In this document: in pieces, positions 47,006 to 56,520 of the stretch
How positions within the stretch are numbered: position 1 is the stretch's first letter
Layout of the letters: the number at the start of each line of letters is the position of its first letter
From: Treponema brennaborense
Lineage (GTDB): Bacteria; Spirochaetota; Spirochaetia; Treponematales; Treponemataceae
Length of the DNA: 64,000 nucleotides
Reading direction: 5' to 3'
Assembly: GCA_023666275.1 (NCBI GenBank)
Contig: JAMPCJ010000006.1
Coordinates: forward strand, 17,976-81,975
Translations under genes and position numbers: made by a program
The notes under the pieces: model-generated
Database searches by the model: none
What the model was told of the DNA's origin: nothing
What the model saw: only the letters and a program-made list of their open reading frames with translations

Positions 47006-47935
47006 TCAATTGAATAAGGGCGTGCTTAAATATCTGTCGCCGGTGTCAGGCAGCAAAACGGCGATGGTTTTGCCGCTGCTTTCCGGCCGTTTTGCGATTT
47101 CGAGTGCTGCCCAAAGCGCGGCGCCGCCGGAAATCCCGATGAGAATGCCTTCTTTTTGCCCGACAAGCCGTCCCGTACTGAATGCGTCCTCATTTTCTAC
47201 GGTGATAATTTCATCATAGACGGATGTGTCGAGCACGCGCGGAACAAAGCCCGCACCGATGCCCTGAATCTTGTGGCTTCCGGCAATTCCCGTCGACAGA
47301 ACCGCGGATGAAGCGGGTTCTACCGCGGCGATTTTTATGCCGGGAATTTTCGATTTCAAATAGTTCCCTGCACCGGTGATCGTGCCGCCCGTGCCGACGC
47401 CGGCAACAAAATAATCGATATTGCCGTCGGTGTCTTCATATAATTCGGGACCGGTTGTTTCTTCATGCGCTTTCGGGTTCGCGGGATTTTCAAACTGTCC
47501 CGGAATAAAACTGCCCGGCGTTTCGCGCGCGAGTTCTTCCGCTTTCGCAATTGCGCCTTTCATTCCTTTCGCGCCTTCCGTGAGCACAATCTGCGCGCCG
47601 TAAGCTTTTATCAGCTGCCGCCGTTCCACACTCATCGTTTCGGGCATTACGAGAATAATTTTGTATCCGCGCGCGGCGGCAACGGATGCAAGCCCGATGC
47701 CGGTGTTTCCGCTTGTCGGTTCGATAATCGTTGCGCCCGCTTTGAGCTTTCCCGTTTTTTCCGCGTCGTCAATCATCGCTTTTGCGATTCTGTCTTTTAC
47801 GGAACCTGCCGGATTGAGATATTCCAGCTTGGCAAGAAGGCGCGCCTTTACATTGAACGCTTGTTCGATATGCGTTAATTCCAATAACGGCGTGTGTCCG
47901 ATTAACTGATCTGCTGAGGTAAAAATCCGCGGCAT
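47006..47935 (-). CDS. cysK: cysteine synthase A (O-acetylserine sulfhydrylase)
   Basis: PLP-lysine motif LNPAGSVKDR and the glycine-rich loops of PLP-dependent CysK. Confidence 0.9.
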   Translation of the reverse strand: MPRIFTSADQLIGHTPLLELTHIEQAFNVKARLLAKLEYLNPAGSVKDRIAKAMIDDAEKTGKLKAGATIIEPTSGNTGIGLASVAAARGYKIILVMPETMSVERRQLIKAYGAQIVLTEGAKGMKGAIAKAEELARETPGSFIPGQFENPANPKAHEETTGPELYEDTDGNIDYFVAGVGTGGTITGAGNYLKSKIPGIKIAAVEPASSAVLSTGIAGSHKIQGIGAGFVPRVLDTSVYDEIITVENEDAFSTGRLVGQKEGILIGISGGAALWAALEIAKRPESSGKTIAVLLPDTGDRYLSTPLFN

Positions 47936-48004
47936 GCTTTATTCTCCCTTATAAAAATTGTTGCAGAAAATGCCGATTTTCAGGCGGCAAGTACGAGCAT
48001 ATAT

Positions 48005-48035
48005 TGTTTAACCTACTATGTCAATAGGTTAAACA
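48005..48035. promoter_or_regulatory. perfect 11-bp inverted repeat (TGTTTAACCTA-N9-TAGGTTAAACA) in the cysK/dinG divergent promoter region
   Basis: Seen directly in the sequence. It is a candidate operator, for example for the Rrf2 regulator encoded in the cysK operon. Confidence 0.5.
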
Positions 48036-48086
48036 ATGCGGAAGCGCATGCTTTTTTATGATGCGCGTTTGTGCTATACTTTCGGT

Positions 48087-50276
48087 ATGCAAAAATATTC
48101 CGCGAATTCTGCCGGTTATGCCGCTGCTTCCGCTTCAGATTCAGACAGTGAGAAAACTGCGGAAAAAAAAATATGCCGATTGGATCCCGATAACGTATGC
48201 CGTTATCTTTCTTCCGGCGGACGTTTTGCCGCAATGTCCGGCAAGTTCGAGGAGCGCCCGTCGCAGCTTGCGCTGATGAAAGACATTTGCGGCGTGTTTA
48301 ACGACAACGGCATCGGCGTGTTCGAAGCCGGCACGGGAGTCGGAAAATCGTTTGCCTATTTGATTCCGGCTATGCTTTGGGCGGCGGAAAACAAAGAACG
48401 TGTCGTCGTTTCCACCGGCACGATAAATTTGCAGCAGCAGCTCATGGACAAAGATATTCCCGCCGCAAAAAATATTACGGGAAAAAATATCAGCGCGGTG
48501 CTGGTAAAAGGGCGGCAGAATTATGTATGTCTGCGCCGTTTTTCGGATATGCGCTCGGAACCGGATTTATTTGACGAAGAAACAGAAGAAATTGCGCACA
48601 TTGCCGAATGGGTAAAAAAAACCTCCGACGGCAGCCGCTCGGATTTGCCGTTTGTGCCGTCGGCGAATATTTGGCAGCGCATCAATTCCGAAGCCGACGC
48701 CTGCAAAGGAATGCGCTGCCCGTTCAAGGAAGACTGTTTTGTTATGCGCGTGCGGAAAGAAGCCGTCGCCGCGAATATTATTGTCGTGAATCATCATATT
48801 TTGTTTGCCGATATCGAATCGAGATTGCAGGGCGCCGGTTATGATGACGCCGCGCTGCTGCCGCCGTACCGCCGCTTGATTTTCGACGAAGCACACGGCA
48901 TGGAAAGCGCCGCCACGAGTTTTTTTTCGGAATCCGTTACGCGCTTCAGTTTTTTAAAACAGCTCAATTTGCTCTACCGTCAGCGGCGCGGCGCGGCGGC
49001 GGGCTATCTTTTTACGCTTGAGGCATTGTCTTCAGGCGGCGATGTGCTTTCCGAAATTCCGCCGATTATCGAACGGATAAAAACCGACATCCAGCGCCTT
49101 GAAGATGCTTCTTCTACGCTGACAGAACACGATTCTTCATGGCGTTTGTGCGGACAGTCGCAAAAAGATGCCGCCGCCGTGCTCGGCGCGATGAATGAGC
49201 TGCACGCATCCGCGCTTGTTTTCTGCGCAAAAATACGAAACATCATCGACGGCATCGCGGAAGAAGACCGTGAAACGCCGTCTGTCTGGGAAACAAAACA
49301 GATTCTGCGGAGAATCGAAGCTGCGGCGCAGGTCTGCGGAAATTTTACCGCCTGGGAAGAACATCCCGATATGGTTTTTTGGATTGAAAAAAGGCGCTTA
49401 ATTGCCGAATCGGAAGACAAAAAATCGACAGCGGCTTGGTATCCGCGCTTTGTGCAGACGCCGCTTGATATATCGTTCCGCATGAACGAAGGGATTTTCG
49501 AACCGATAAGCACCATTGTGTGCACGTCGGCTACGATAAAAACCGGCGGGAATTTTTCGTTTTGGATGAAACGCAGCGGCGTTGTGTTTACGGAACGCTC
49601 CCGCGTGTGCGAAAGAGAATATCCTTCGTCGTTTTTATACGAAAAAAACGCGCTGCTGCTTGTCCCGTCCGACGCGCCCATGCCCGATCAGCCGTCGTTT
49701 CAGGAATTTCTCGAAAAAGCATCATCATCGCTTATTGCGGCAGCCGGCGGAAGGACGCTTGTTTTATTTACTTCCTATGAATCATTGCGGCGTACCTGCC
49801 GTTCGGCGCGGACGGCGCTTTCCGAGCTGGGAATTCCCGTATTGATGCAGGGGGAAGACGACCGCAGCCGGCTCCTTGCGCGCTTTGCCGAAGATACCGC
49901 CAGCGTTTTGTTTGCAACCGATTCGTTTTGGGAAGGCGTCGATGTTCCCGGCGAATCGCTGTCGCAGGTTATTATCGCCAAACTTCCGTTCAGCGTTCCG
50001 AGCGATCCCGTTTTTGCCGCCCGCGCGGAAAGCATCGAAAAAAGAGGCGGCAGCGCGTTTATGGAATTAAGCGTGCCCGAAGCCGTCATAAAATTCCGTC
50101 AGGGATTCGGCAGATTGATCCGCCATTCCGAAGACAGGGGCGTTGTCTGCGTGCTGGATCGGCGCATCATCGAAAAACGATACGGGCGGATATTTTTGTC
50201 AAGTCTGCCCGAAACAAAGCGGAAAATCGCGCCGCTTGACGAATGCGCCGAGGCTGCGGAGAGGTTCCTGCGGTAA
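48087..50276 (+). CDS. DinG/Rad3-family ATP-dependent DNA helicase
   Basis: Walker A AGTGVGKS, Fe-S cluster cysteines (C..C..C...C around YVCLRR ... CKGMRCPFKEDC) and a DEAH box FDEAH. Confidence 0.8.
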   Translation: MQKYSANSAGYAAASASDSDSEKTAEKKICRLDPDNVCRYLSSGGRFAAMSGKFEERPSQLALMKDICGVFNDNGIGVFEAGTGVGKSFAYLIPAMLWAAENKERVVVSTGTINLQQQLMDKDIPAAKNITGKNISAVLVKGRQNYVCLRRFSDMRSEPDLFDEETEEIAHIAEWVKKTSDGSRSDLPFVPSANIWQRINSEADACKGMRCPFKEDCFVMRVRKEAVAANIIVVNHHILFADIESRLQGAGYDDAALLPPYRRLIFDEAHGMESAATSFFSESVTRFSFLKQLNLLYRQRRGAAAGYLFTLEALSSGGDVLSEIPPIIERIKTDIQRLEDASSTLTEHDSSWRLCGQSQKDAAAVLGAMNELHASALVFCAKIRNIIDGIAEEDRETPSVWETKQILRRIEAAAQVCGNFTAWEEHPDMVFWIEKRRLIAESEDKKSTAAWYPRFVQTPLDISFRMNEGIFEPISTIVCTSATIKTGGNFSFWMKRSGVVFTERSRVCEREYPSSFLYEKNALLLVPSDAPMPDQPSFQEFLEKASSSLIAAAGGRTLVLFTSYESLRRTCRSARTALSELGIPVLMQGEDDRSRLLARFAEDTASVLFATDSFWEGVDVPGESLSQVIIAKLPFSVPSDPVFAARAESIEKRGGSAFMELSVPEAVIKFRQGFGRLIRHSEDRGVVCVLDRRIIEKRYGRIFLSSLPETKRKIAPLDECAEAAERFLR

Positions 50277-50353
50277 ATTTCGGCAATAAAAAAGCCCGCT
50301 GTAAAAGCAGGCTTATATCGGTGAATATCCGGCTGTCAAAGCCGGCTGTGCGG

Positions 50354-50524
50354 CTATTTGAAGTCTTTCGGACGGCGTTCTACCCGTTTGCACTTGACGC
50401 ATTCCGCGACATTTTTAAGCTTTCCGCTTTCAAACAGCGTTTTCATTACTACTTCGCCGCCGCAATTGCAAAAAAACTTATGCGTCGCGACAGCGGTACG
50501 AGAGTTTTTACTGGCTCCTGCCAT
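50354..50524 (-). CDS. small zinc-ribbon protein (56 aa; CNCGG...CVKC); not in the supplied ORF track
   Basis: Read manually on the minus strand: MAGASKNSRTAVATHKFFCNCGGEVVMKTLFESGKLKNVAECVKCKRVERRPKDFK. GGAGG RBS 8 nt upstream. A rho-independent terminator is downstream at 50285..50320. Confidence 0.45.
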   Translation of the reverse strand: MAGASKNSRTAVATHKFFCNCGGEVVMKTLFESGKLKNVAECVKCKRVERRPKDFK

Positions 50525-50655
50525 AGATAAGCCTCCGAATAATCTTTTTATTGAAACAGTATAGAGAAAAGCGGATATTGTGTCAATAATCGGACAGCGC
50601 GCGGCGCTGTCTGCGGTGGACGGCGGCAGCGGTTTTCGGTATACTGAAACGCATC

Positions 50656-51897
50656 ATGAGCGCTATACGGGTCTTTCTGAAAGCCGGAGAAGAAAAAGAA
50701 ATACGGCAGGGTTTCCCCTGGGTGTTTGACAATGAAATTGCATTCGTAAAAACGCCGGACACGGAACAGCGTGTGCGTCAAATGCCCTTTGCGGACTGCG
50801 AAGCGGCGGACGGTTCCATAGCCGAAGTCTATTCGAAGCAGGGATTGTATCTGGGAACCGGCGTTTTGAATAAAAAGTCGAAAATCGCCGTCCGCATATT
50901 GTCCCGTGAACGGAATGTCTGTTTCAACAAAGATTTTTTTCTTTGCCGCGTAAAAGCTGCGATGGCGGCGCGGCACTTGTTTTTCCGCAAGCATGATTCG
51001 TACCGTTTGATTTTTGCGGAAGCGGATTTGCTTCCGGGATTGATTGCCGAGCGCTTTTGCGATGTGTCGGGACAGGTTTTTCTTGTTGTGCAGTTTCATG
51101 CGCTTGCTTCGGAAATTTTCCGCACGGAAATTATCGCGGCATTGTGCGAAGTCTGCCGTCCTGCGGGAATATTCGAGCACAGCGAAGCTTCGGTGCGCGA
51201 AAAAGAAGGACTTGCCGGAAAAACGGAATGGATATACGGAAAACGGCAGCCGTGCATCACGATAAAAGAAAACGGCGTGCTGATGCTTGTCGATATCGAA
51301 AACGGACAGAAAACCGGTTATTTTCTCGATCAAAAATTCAATCATGCCGCTGCCGCGAATTTGGCAAAAGGGAAGTGCGTGCTTGACGCTTGCTGTCATA
51401 CCGGCGCCTTCGGGCTGCACGCTGTTTCGGGCGGCGCTGCGGAAGTTACCTCGGTTGACAGTTCTGCGGCTGCCGCCGAAATTGCCGAAAAAAATATTGC
51501 GCTTAACAACGCCGGCAAGGTAATGCATGTCGTCTGTGCCGATATTTTCGATGTGCTTCGCCGATATGAACAGGAACAAAAACGTTTCGGCATGATAATT
51601 CTCGATCCGCCGGCATTTACAAAAAGCGCAAAATCGATAGACAAAGCGTACAGCGGATACAAAGAAATCAATTTGCGTGCGCTGAAGCTGCTTGAGACGG
51701 GCGGCATATTGATTACGTGTTCCTGCTCCTATTATTTCAGCGAAGCGATGTTTTACGGTATGCTCGGTCATGCTGCGTCCGACGCGCGCCGCACGATTCA
51801 AATCCTCGAAAAACGAGGCGCTGCTCCCGATCATCCGTTTCTTGCAGGCTATCCGCGCTCCGATTATCTCAAATGCGCGGTTATCCGAGTTTTATAG
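50656..51897 (+). CDS. class I SAM-dependent rRNA methyltransferase, RlmI-like (PUA + MTase)
   Basis: N-terminal PUA-like region. SAM motif I LDACCHTGAFG. Similar overall to RlmI/RlmK. Confidence 0.65.
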   Translation: MSAIRVFLKAGEEKEIRQGFPWVFDNEIAFVKTPDTEQRVRQMPFADCEAADGSIAEVYSKQGLYLGTGVLNKKSKIAVRILSRERNVCFNKDFFLCRVKAAMAARHLFFRKHDSYRLIFAEADLLPGLIAERFCDVSGQVFLVVQFHALASEIFRTEIIAALCEVCRPAGIFEHSEASVREKEGLAGKTEWIYGKRQPCITIKENGVLMLVDIENGQKTGYFLDQKFNHAAAANLAKGKCVLDACCHTGAFGLHAVSGGAAEVTSVDSSAAAAEIAEKNIALNNAGKVMHVVCADIFDVLRRYEQEQKRFGMIILDPPAFTKSAKSIDKAYSGYKEINLRALKLLETGGILITCSCSYYFSEAMFYGMLGHAASDARRTIQILEKRGAAPDHPFLAGYPRSDYLKCAVIRVL

Positions 51898-51909
51898 CAG
51901 CTGTCCGCA

Positions 51910-52911
51910 ATGAATATGGAATCACCCGAACGCTATACATGCCTTGTTGTTCTCGGTCCCACGGCTGTCGGAAAAACGGCGCTCGCCGTGCGGCTTGCCG
52001 ATGCGTTTAACGGCGAAATAATTTCCGCCGATTCGCGGCAGGTGTACCGCGGACTTGACATCGGTTCGGGCAAAGATTTATGCGAGTATAAACTTCCGTC
52101 CGGCCGCGTGATTCCGTATCATTTGATTGATATTGCGGATGTATCGGCGGAATATTCCGTGTATAATTATCAGCGTGATTTTTATCGGGTTTTTCCGGAA
52201 ATTACTGCGCGGCACAAGCTTCCCGTCGTTTGCGGCGGCACCGGCATGTATCTTGATTCCGTTATCCGCGGATATCGATTCTCGCACGTGCCGGAAAATG
52301 CCGAACTGCGCGCCCGTCTTGCGGAAAAAAGTCTTGAAGAACTTGCCGCAATGCTGCGTGAATTGAAGCATGATGCGGGAACGGAACTGCACAACAGCAC
52401 CGATACGGACGAACGGCACCGTGTAATCCGCGCCATAGAAATAGCGGTGTTTGACAAACAGGACGATAAACTCAAAAAAGATGCTGCGCCGAAACGCCCC
52501 GATATTCGTCCGTTTATTATCGGTACGAAATTTTCACGTGCCGCTGTCCGCCGCAGGGCTCGCGAACGCCTGCGTGCCCGCATGAAAGACGGCTTGCTCG
52601 ATGAAGTCCGCCGCCTGCATGAAAACGGCGCGGACTGGGAACGACTCGACCGCCTGGGACTGGAATACCGCTTTGCGGCTTCGTTTCTGCGCGGGCAGAT
52701 ACAATCCGAAGACGAATTATTCGAAACGCTTGCGGCTGCCATTTGCCGGTTTATAAAACGGCAGGAAACTTGGTTCCGCGGCATGGAGCGCAAAGGCGTT
52801 TGTATTCACTGGCTTCCGTTCGGCGAAAACGAAGAAGACTGTACTGCCGACTGCCGCGCGCAAGCCGCTTTGAAAATGATTGCCGATGAAAGATGCTGTT
52901 TCGATATATAA
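51910..52911 (+). CDS. miaA: tRNA dimethylallyltransferase
   Basis: P-loop GPTAVGKT and ...SADSRQVYRGLDIGSGK. Confidence 0.9.
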   Translation: MNMESPERYTCLVVLGPTAVGKTALAVRLADAFNGEIISADSRQVYRGLDIGSGKDLCEYKLPSGRVIPYHLIDIADVSAEYSVYNYQRDFYRVFPEITARHKLPVVCGGTGMYLDSVIRGYRFSHVPENAELRARLAEKSLEELAAMLRELKHDAGTELHNSTDTDERHRVIRAIEIAVFDKQDDKLKKDAAPKRPDIRPFIIGTKFSRAAVRRRARERLRARMKDGLLDEVRRLHENGADWERLDRLGLEYRFAASFLRGQIQSEDELFETLAAAICRFIKRQETWFRGMERKGVCIHWLPFGENEEDCTADCRAQAALKMIADERCCFDI

Positions 52912-54346
52912 CGGAAAACGTTCGCTGTTTAAAAACGAAAAACCGGAAAATATAACCGCGTTTTTTCGGAAAGCTGCCGGCGGACAGATTTTTCCGCCGA
53001 ACTTTGCCCGCTGCATTCAAATTGCCGTCGTAATTCCTTTATTTGACGAATATCCCGGATTTTTCAAAACGCTTTATTCCGCCGAAAAATCGTATTATTC
53101 GTATATACGCGCTGCGGCAAACGATTTACCGGCGGCGAACAGCGCGCCGCGATTGCATATCGTATGCGTCGTGAACAACAGAAAATCTTCGCCGCAGTCC
53201 GTAAAAGAAAACAACAGGCAGTTAATCGCGGCGCTGAAACTGCGGATGCACTCTTCGGTACGTACTTATGCCGCCGCCCGCGCCGCGCTCTTCTGTTCCG
53301 ATCTTGTCCGCGATAAAAGATTCGATGCGCCGTGCGCCGCTTATCCGCCTTTATCTCCGATTATTTCATTGATAGATTCCGCTTCCGAAAGACACGAAAT
53401 GCCCGAAAATCAGGGCGCGGGATACGCGCGCAAACTCGGCATGGATTACGCGCTTTTGTGCGGCGCTTCGGTCATTGCCTGCCTTGACGGCGATACGCTT
53501 GCGGGAAGAAATTGGTTTTCGCATTTATGCGCGTTTGCGCAGAAAAACCGCGGAAAAACTGCGGCGGCGGTAACCCGCTTTCATCATCAGCGGGCGGAAA
53601 ATACTTCCGTGCAGAATGCCGCGCGGCTGTACGAATCGTATTTGTCGGAACACGCGGAAAAACTGAAGCAGTGCGGAACGCCGTACTGGCATACCGCGCT
53701 CGGTCCGGTGATTGTCTGCACTGCGGAAGCGTATGCGGCGGCGGGCGGCATGAATTTGCGCACGGCGGGCGAAGATTTTTATTTTCTCCAGCAATTGGTA
53801 AAAATCACATTGAATACGGACGGCATGCAAATGCTTGAGTGCACCGTGTATCCGTCCGCGCGGCTGTCGAACCGTGTGCTGTTCGGAACGGGAACGCGGC
53901 TGAAGCAGCTTGTTTTAAATGGCGGCGCCGAAAATAAAGCGGAAGTGCAGCAGCGGCCTGCCGCGGATGATCCGCTCCGCAATCCGCTGTTGTTTCCCGA
54001 AGAAATTTACGCCGCCGTTGCGCGCTTTATTTCGCTGTTTGAGGAAACATACGGTATCGCGCGCACCGCGAAGCAGAAACGCGCCGTATGCTCGGCTTCC
54101 CCGCACAACGGCAGAAAGTCTTCCGCCGCCGATTCCGACGCGCGCACGGAACTGTTTATATCGAAAATTTCCTGTGAATTGCCGGCAGTGTACGAATTTT
54201 TATGCGCGGAACGCTTTCCGCAGACATGGCGGCAGACAGCCTGCGCCAACAGAAAAAATCCGCGCCGTCTTGAAAATGCCTTTCACTGCTGGTTTGACGG
54301 GCTGAAAATTATCAGGCTTGCGCATTTTCTTGAAAAACGATTGTAA
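52886..54346 (+). CDS. glycosyltransferase family 2-like protein
   Basis: IAVVIPLFDE (start of GT2 fold), a DxD-like CLDGDT, and EDFYF. It overlaps the end of miaA. The start is uncertain. Confidence 0.45.
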   Translation: MKDAVSIYNGKRSLFKNEKPENITAFFRKAAGGQIFPPNFARCIQIAVVIPLFDEYPGFFKTLYSAEKSYYSYIRAAANDLPAANSAPRLHIVCVVNNRKSSPQSVKENNRQLIAALKLRMHSSVRTYAAARAALFCSDLVRDKRFDAPCAAYPPLSPIISLIDSASERHEMPENQGAGYARKLGMDYALLCGASVIACLDGDTLAGRNWFSHLCAFAQKNRGKTAAAVTRFHHQRAENTSVQNAARLYESYLSEHAEKLKQCGTPYWHTALGPVIVCTAEAYAAAGGMNLRTAGEDFYFLQQLVKITLNTDGMQMLECTVYPSARLSNRVLFGTGTRLKQLVLNGGAENKAEVQQRPAADDPLRNPLLFPEEIYAAVARFISLFEETYGIARTAKQKRAVCSASPHNGRKSSAADSDARTELFISKISCELPAVYEFLCAERFPQTWRQTACANRKNPRRLENAFHCWFDGLKIIRLAHFLEKRL

Positions 54347-54378
54347 ACCGTTTTTCAAGAAAATCATCTGCGCATAAT

Positions 54379-54597
54379 TTATGCGGTAACTGCCAAGCGC
54401 TTTGCGGCATCTATTTTTTTGAGATATCCGGTACGCACGCACGTTTCGAATAATTCTTTGCTGATGAAATCTGTCGTAACATCTTCATATCCGTCTTTGT
54501 CGCGGATAATGCGTATAACGTATCCGTCGTCGGTTTCCTGCATGATCATCATATAATCGGAAGTATTCGCAATGCTTTTCAAAGAATAACATTCCAT
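54379..54597 (-). CDS. hypothetical small protein (72 aa)
   Basis: ORF only. Confidence 0.3.
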   Translation of the reverse strand: MECYSLKSIANTSDYMMIMQETDDGYVIRIIRDKDGYEDVTTDFISKELFETCVRTGYLKKIDAAKRLAVTA

Positions 54598-54761
54598 TTT
54601 CTGCCTCCTGCGGTTGATAAAAAATATGTGCCGCGCGTTTTTCCCGCGGCATATATTTTGTCTGAAGTAACACTAATATATTTTCGGAAAATAAAAAAAC
54701 ATGTTTAGTGTTTTGTGATTTTCTGCGCGTTTATGCGCGGCAGAAAAACAAAGCCTGCAAA

Positions 54762-55016
54762 ATGATTAAATCGGTGTACTCCAAATCCAATGATTACGCC
54801 GGCTACCATAATTATATGAAATACTGGGCGAAAAACGGTAACCCCGATTGGATTTGTAACACCGAAGAATACGCGGGCGGCTATAGTGATAAAACCTTGG
54901 TCAAATACACTTACTTGGTGACCAATTTTTGGAACAATTACGACGGTACCAAATTGCCCGTGGACGGCACCGGTAATGGTTATCAAGCCAATGGCGATTG
55001 GAAAAAGAACTCATAA
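54762..55016 (+). CDS. hypothetical small protein (84 aa), AT-rich
   Basis: ORF with start at MIKSVYS. A bidirectional terminator follows. Confidence 0.35.
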   Translation: MIKSVYSKSNDYAGYHNYMKYWAKNGNPDWICNTEEYAGGYSDKTLVKYTYLVTNFWNNYDGTKLPVDGTGNGYQANGDWKKNS

Positions 55017-55019
55017 CAA

Positions 55020-55046
55020 AAAAAGCGGTTGCCACCGCTTTTTTGT
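55020..55046. terminator. bidirectional rho-independent terminator
   Basis: aaaaaagcggttgccaccgcttttttg between convergent genes. Confidence 0.75.
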
Positions 55047-55063
55047 TGTTTGTGGGGTAGTGG

Positions 55064-56032
55064 TTAAAGGGACAAAGAACTTTGGTTTTGTCGTTCGGCT
55101 TCCCATATTTCTCGGGTTGCATTTTGCATGGTTTGAACGAAATAACTTAGACTGTTTGGAGCGACACAACCAGTTTTATGAGTCAAAGCACCTTTCGTAT
55201 AATCGTGCATCGCACCTAAGGAATTACAGGTTAACGCTAAATTCATGCATTGTTGTAAATCACTAACTTGCAAGTCCAAATTTTGTTGGCTATTCATTTT
55301 GGATACGGCTTTATTTAGGAAAAAGTCAGTACGGGTAGTAATTGGGGTGAACGCTTGACGGTCATTTTGTGCATAAATGTTGGTAAGATCAAGGTCATTT
55401 AAGTATTTGTTATTTGAAACATAGTAAATTAAATCTTCTTTTTCGGTGTTGTAATCGCTCATTTGTGGATTGGAGTAGTTACGATAATAACCCAAGCCTT
55501 CTTTATAAGATTCGCCCGCCAAAACACGGTAACAAAGTTCAAAAGCTTCGCGTTCATCGGCGTTGTCAAGATTTTTAATAATGTCGGTAAAAATTTTATC
55601 GAAAGGAAGTGGGTTTACGTTAAGCAATTTGTCAAATTCTTGTCCACCGGGTCTAACTTCATATATATGATAGTATCTATTGCTTTTCAACGTGTTGATA
55701 ACATTGCTAAAATAATTTTGTGCGTTTGGGCGACCATTCAAAGATTGTTCCAAATTGTTTGCTAAACCTTTAATATAGGTTTCGGCTTTGTTCAAATAAT
55801 AATTAACGTTATTAACTGCATAAGCCGAGCCTTCGCCTTCATTGACGGTGCTGCCGGTAAATTTCGGATTTTCGCCCATAAAATTGTGCAACGTATAATT
55901 ACCAATCGTCACGTCGTACGGCAAATTGTCTTTGTTCACATTGTTATCGTTGTAACTGTCGTCAACGCTGCTGCCCGTCGGTTGTGCGCAGCCCGCCATC
56001 ATCACGCCCGTGGTTAACGCCGCGCCCAACAT
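55064..56032 (-). CDS. lipoprotein, hypothetical (N/Y-rich)
   Basis: Signal peptide with lipobox MMAGC. The start is placed at the ATG at 56032; the listed start is GTG 56044. AT-rich. Confidence 0.55.
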   Translation of the reverse strand: MLGAALTTGVMMAGCAQPTGSSVDDSYNDNNVNKDNLPYDVTIGNYTLHNFMGENPKFTGSTVNEGEGSAYAVNNVNYYLNKAETYIKGLANNLEQSLNGRPNAQNYFSNVINTLKSNRYYHIYEVRPGGQEFDKLLNVNPLPFDKIFTDIIKNLDNADEREAFELCYRVLAGESYKEGLGYYRNYSNPQMSDYNTEKEDLIYYVSNNKYLNDLDLTNIYAQNDRQAFTPITTRTDFFLNKAVSKMNSQQNLDLQVSDLQQCMNLALTCNSLGAMHDYTKGALTHKTGCVAPNSLSYFVQTMQNATREIWEAERQNQSSLSL

Positions 56033-56105
56033 GCCAATTTGCACGCCTTTTTTGAAAATATTTTTGATTTTGCTGGTGTTAGTATTTTTGTGTGTTAAAT
56101 TTCGC

Positions 56106-56115
56106 GGGGGGGGGG
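56106..56115. repeat. homopolymeric G10 tract upstream of the lipoprotein gene
   Basis: Ten consecutive G (C10 on the gene strand) about 75 nt upstream of the start codon. Confidence 0.9.
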
Positions 56116-56204
56116 TAATTCCGTATATATATTGTATGCTGTCATGTTTTTATGCTATGAGATTTTATCGGTTTTGTCAATATTTTCCGCCGAATAACAA
56201 CGTT

Positions 56205-56414
56205 TTATACAAATGCGATTTTCGGCTGTAATTTTTTTTCGGCGCAGTCGACCAAATACAAATTGATTAAATTCTGGTAGGAAATGCCCGTTTTTTCTGC
56301 GAGCGTTTTAAAATAATCTATCGCGCAGTCGTCGATTCGTATGGTTATTTGCTTTTTTAATTTTTTCGCATAAGGATTTTTTGCCGCCTTTGAAAAATCA
56401 TATTCTTCTCTCAT
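56205..56414 (-). CDS. BrnA-like antitoxin (orphan?)
   Basis: 69 aa; MREEYDFSKAAKNP...KKQITIRIDDCAIDYFK...GISYQNLINLYL matches the BrnA/RHH-type antitoxin pattern. No BrnT-like ORF is adjacent. Confidence 0.5.
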   Translation of the reverse strand: MREEYDFSKAAKNPYAKKLKKQITIRIDDCAIDYFKTLAEKTGISYQNLINLYLVDCAEKKLQPKIAFV

Positions 56415-56477
56415 ACAGTGCCTCCGTTTTTTTGTATTCCCCGCTTTCTTTTGCGGTTGCCTTTCTTGCGGAAATTA

Positions 56478-56520
56478 TTCTGATTACTTCGTAATTATAT
56501 TGTAATTATGGAGCAATTAT
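56478..56520 (-). promoter_or_regulatory. sigma70-like promoter (TTGACA-N17-TACAAT) for the BrnA-like gene
   Basis: Read on the minus strand: attgacaaaataattgctccataattacaat. Contains AATTACAAT words related to the cassette-boundary motif. Confidence 0.4.
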
